From an uncultured Chloroflexia bacterium (lineage in GTDB: Bacteria; Chloroflexota; Limnocylindria; Limnocylindrales; CSP1-4): a DNA stretch of 64,000 nt. Position 1 is the stretch's first letter. Every line of letters begins with the position of its first letter. Shown in pieces: positions 61,945 to 64,000 of the stretch. The notes under the pieces were generated by a model. That model was not told the DNA's origin. It searched no databases and was given only the letters and a program-made list of their open reading frames with translations. The position numbers were made by a program, and so were the translations under genes. The DNA is taken from the NCBI GenBank assembly GCA_963833225.1, contig CAWHXD010000007.1, positions 512,001 through 576,000 of the forward strand, read 5' to 3'.

Positions 61945-63135
61945 GTGGTTCAGGAGGTGGACGTCGCGGTCGTGGGGCTGGGGGCCCTGGGATCGGGCGC
62001 CGCGTACTGGCTGTCGCGGCGGAGCGGGCTGCGGGTGCTGGGCCTCGAGCGGTTCGAGATGGGGCATCCGTACGGCGCGTCCGAGGACGTCAGCCGGATC
62101 ATCCGCCGCAGCTACCACCGGCGCGACTACGTCCGCCTGACCGCGCGCGCCTACGCCTCGTGGGCGGAGGTCGAGCGGCAGGGCGCCGCGCAGGTGGTGT
62201 TTCGCACGGGCGGCCTGGACGTCGGGCCGTCGCATCCCGATCACGGGTCCGAGGTGGACATCGAGCAGTATGCCGAGGCCATGGCCGCCGAGGCCGTGCC
62301 GTTCGAGCGCCTCGACGCCGCAGAGATCATGCGCCGCTGGCCTGCCTGGCGCCTGGATGACGACCACGTGGGGCTGTACCAGGCGGACACCGGGATCGCG
62401 GACCCCTCGCGCGGCAACGCTGCCCATCGCCGCCTGGCGCAGGAACAGGGCGCGGAGCTCCGGGTGCTCAGCCCCGTGGCTCGCCTCGAGGACGGGGGCG
62501 GGGAGGTCACCCTGGAGCTGGACGACGGCGAGCGGATCCGCGCGGGGCGCGTGATCCTGGCGACCGATGCCTGGACCAACGACCTGCTGGCTCCGCTCGG
62601 CTGCGCCCTGCCGCTGACCGTGACCCAGGAGCAGGTGTCGTGGTTCACCCCGCGAGGGGACGCGGCGCTGTTCGCACCGGGCCGGTTCCCGACCTGGATC
62701 TGGATGGACGAGCCCAGCTTCTACGGCTTCCCGACCCACGGACACCCGGGCCCCAAGGTGGGCCAGGACGTCGGCGGCCGTGAGGTCACGCCGGAAACAC
62801 GCACGTTCGACGTCGACCGTGCCGCCCTGGCCCGGACCATGACGTTCCTCGAGACGCGCCTCCCGGGCATGGCCGGGGAGCCATTCCTGACCAAGACGTG
62901 CCTGTACACGATGACCCCGGACCGGGACTTCATCGTGGACGCCGTCCCGGAGCACCCCAACGTCCTCGTCTGCCTCGGGTCGGCGCACGCGTACAAGTTC
63001 GCGTCGGTCCTGGGGCGGATCATGGCCGAGCTCGCCGTGGATGGCTCGACCCCATCCGCGCCGGAGCTCGAGGGGTTCCGGATCGACCGCCCCGTCCTGC
63101 GCGAGGCGGACCCGGAGCGCCGGTTCCTGATCTGA
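61945..63135 (+). CDS. solA: N-methyl-L-tryptophan/monomeric sarcosine oxidase
   Basis: GLGALG, SRIIR, FYGFP, KTCLYTMTPD (flavinylation Cys), AHAYKFAS. Confidence 0.85.
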   Translation: MVQEVDVAVVGLGALGSGAAYWLSRRSGLRVLGLERFEMGHPYGASEDVSRIIRRSYHRRDYVRLTARAYASWAEVERQGAAQVVFRTGGLDVGPSHPDHGSEVDIEQYAEAMAAEAVPFERLDAAEIMRRWPAWRLDDDHVGLYQADTGIADPSRGNAAHRRLAQEQGAELRVLSPVARLEDGGGEVTLELDDGERIRAGRVILATDAWTNDLLAPLGCALPLTVTQEQVSWFTPRGDAALFAPGRFPTWIWMDEPSFYGFPTHGHPGPKVGQDVGGREVTPETRTFDVDRAALARTMTFLETRLPGMAGEPFLTKTCLYTMTPDRDFIVDAVPEHPNVLVCLGSAHAYKFASVLGRIMAELAVDGSTPSAPELEGFRIDRPVLREADPERRFLI

Positions 63136-63162
63136 GTCGTCCCAGCCCGGTGGTGGCGGCCG

Positions 63163-64000
63163 CTAGGCCCCGGTTGCGGCCTCCGTGGCCACGTGTCGCA
63201 CGACGGCGGGCAGCGGCTGCCCTGACTCGGCCAGCCAGCACGCCGCGGAACGGCCATCGCCCACCTGGATGAGGGGAGGCTCCTCCGTCCGGCAGCGCTC
63301 CATGATCCCCGCCTGCTCGGCAAGCGGGCAGCGCGGATGGAAGCGACAGCCGGTTGGGATGTGCGCGGCGTCCGGTGTCTCGCCCTCGAGGATCACCCTC
63401 CGTGCCCGGAGCCCGGGCTCCGGTGGCTCGGGCGTGGGCATGACCGAGACCAGGGCTCTGGTGTACGGGTGCCGGGGATCATGGATCACGTCCTCGGCCG
63501 GTCCGAGCTCCATGATCTTGCCGAGGTACATCACCGCGATGCGGTCGGCAATGACCCAGGCGACCGAGAGGTCGTGGGTGATGAACAGGTAGGTGAGGTC
63601 GCGCTGCCGGCGGAGATCCAGCATGAGGTTGAGGATCTCGGTCCGGATCGAGACATCGAGCATGCTGACCGGCTCGTCGGCGACCACGATCTTGGGGTCG
63701 AGGACCAGCGCGCCGGCGATCACGACGCGCTGCCGCTGGCCGCCGGAGAGCTCGTGCGGATAGCGGAACGCGAAATCCGACGCCGGGCGCAGGCCGGCGG
63801 CATGGATGGCATCGAGGACGCGTCGCTCCCGCTCCGCGGCACTCAGGCCGAGGCTCTGGACCTCGAGCGGCTCGGCGACGAAGTCGTGGATGGTCTGTTT
63901 CGGGTTCAGCGTCTCGTACGGGTCCTGGAAGATCAGCTGGACGCGTCGCCGGTAGGCTCGCAGCGCATCGCCGCCCCAGGTGCCGGTGACATCCTCGCCC
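63163..64000 (-). CDS. Oligopeptide/dipeptide ABC transporter ATP-binding protein (5' partial)
   Basis: FQDPYE, YPHELSGGQRQR, VADEPVSMLD, FITHDL, HPYTRAL, GCRFHPRCP. Confidence 0.95.
   Translation of the reverse strand, partial: GEDVTGTWGGDALRAYRRRVQLIFQDPYETLNPKQTIHDFVAEPLEVQSLGLSAAERERRVLDAIHAAGLRPASDFAFRYPHELSGGQRQRVVIAGALVLDPKIVVADEPVSMLDVSIRTEILNLMLDLRRQRDLTYLFITHDLSVAWVIADRIAVMYLGKIMELGPAEDVIHDPRHPYTRALVSVMPTPEPPEPGLRARRVILEGETPDAAHIPTGCRFHPRCPLAEQAGIMERCRTEEPPLIQVGDGRSAACWLAESGQPLPAVVRHVATEAATGA

Overview
This is a very GC-rich bacterial chromosomal window. Gene content and style suggest Chloroflexota, probably Limnocylindria/Ellin6529-like (inference). About 14 single-base frameshifts, many in essential genes, point to an unpolished long-read assembly. 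The window contains trpS; hom-thrC-thrB; a MocR/PdxR regulator with PNPOx-like genes; a long lysC-birA-ECF sigma-antisigma-accD-accA-(lysine-less BCCP paralog)-accC-fabZ-phosphoesterase-fabF-accB-fabH-fabG-rmlC run; two diguanylate cyclases; polX; a TPR/HIRAN-like gene; a degenerate DNA methylase-nuclease fusion; a DUF885 peptidase; an amine catabolism trio with IclR; mscS; acs; a coiled-coil plus MinD/CpaE-like pair; moaA; an HTH-nuclease gene; thyX; a cyclase-STAND plus cNMP-binding cluster; satD-DUF3307; CocE; Nudix; solA; and a partial ABC ATPase. The best novelty candidates are: (1) an unannotated ~325-nt rod-like ncRNA at 48111-48435 with three copies of a 15-nt motif, preceded by a phased DnaA-box-like cluster and its own promoter; (2) a non-biotinylatable BCCP paralog (plant BADC-like) inside the acc operon, which also embeds an ECF/anti-sigma pair; (3) the dead-methylase/nuclease fusion; (4) SatD-DUF3307 with a tandem operator, a possible cyclase-membrane effector module. 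Leaderless promoters are pervasive. No rRNA, tRNA, CRISPR array or transposase was seen.
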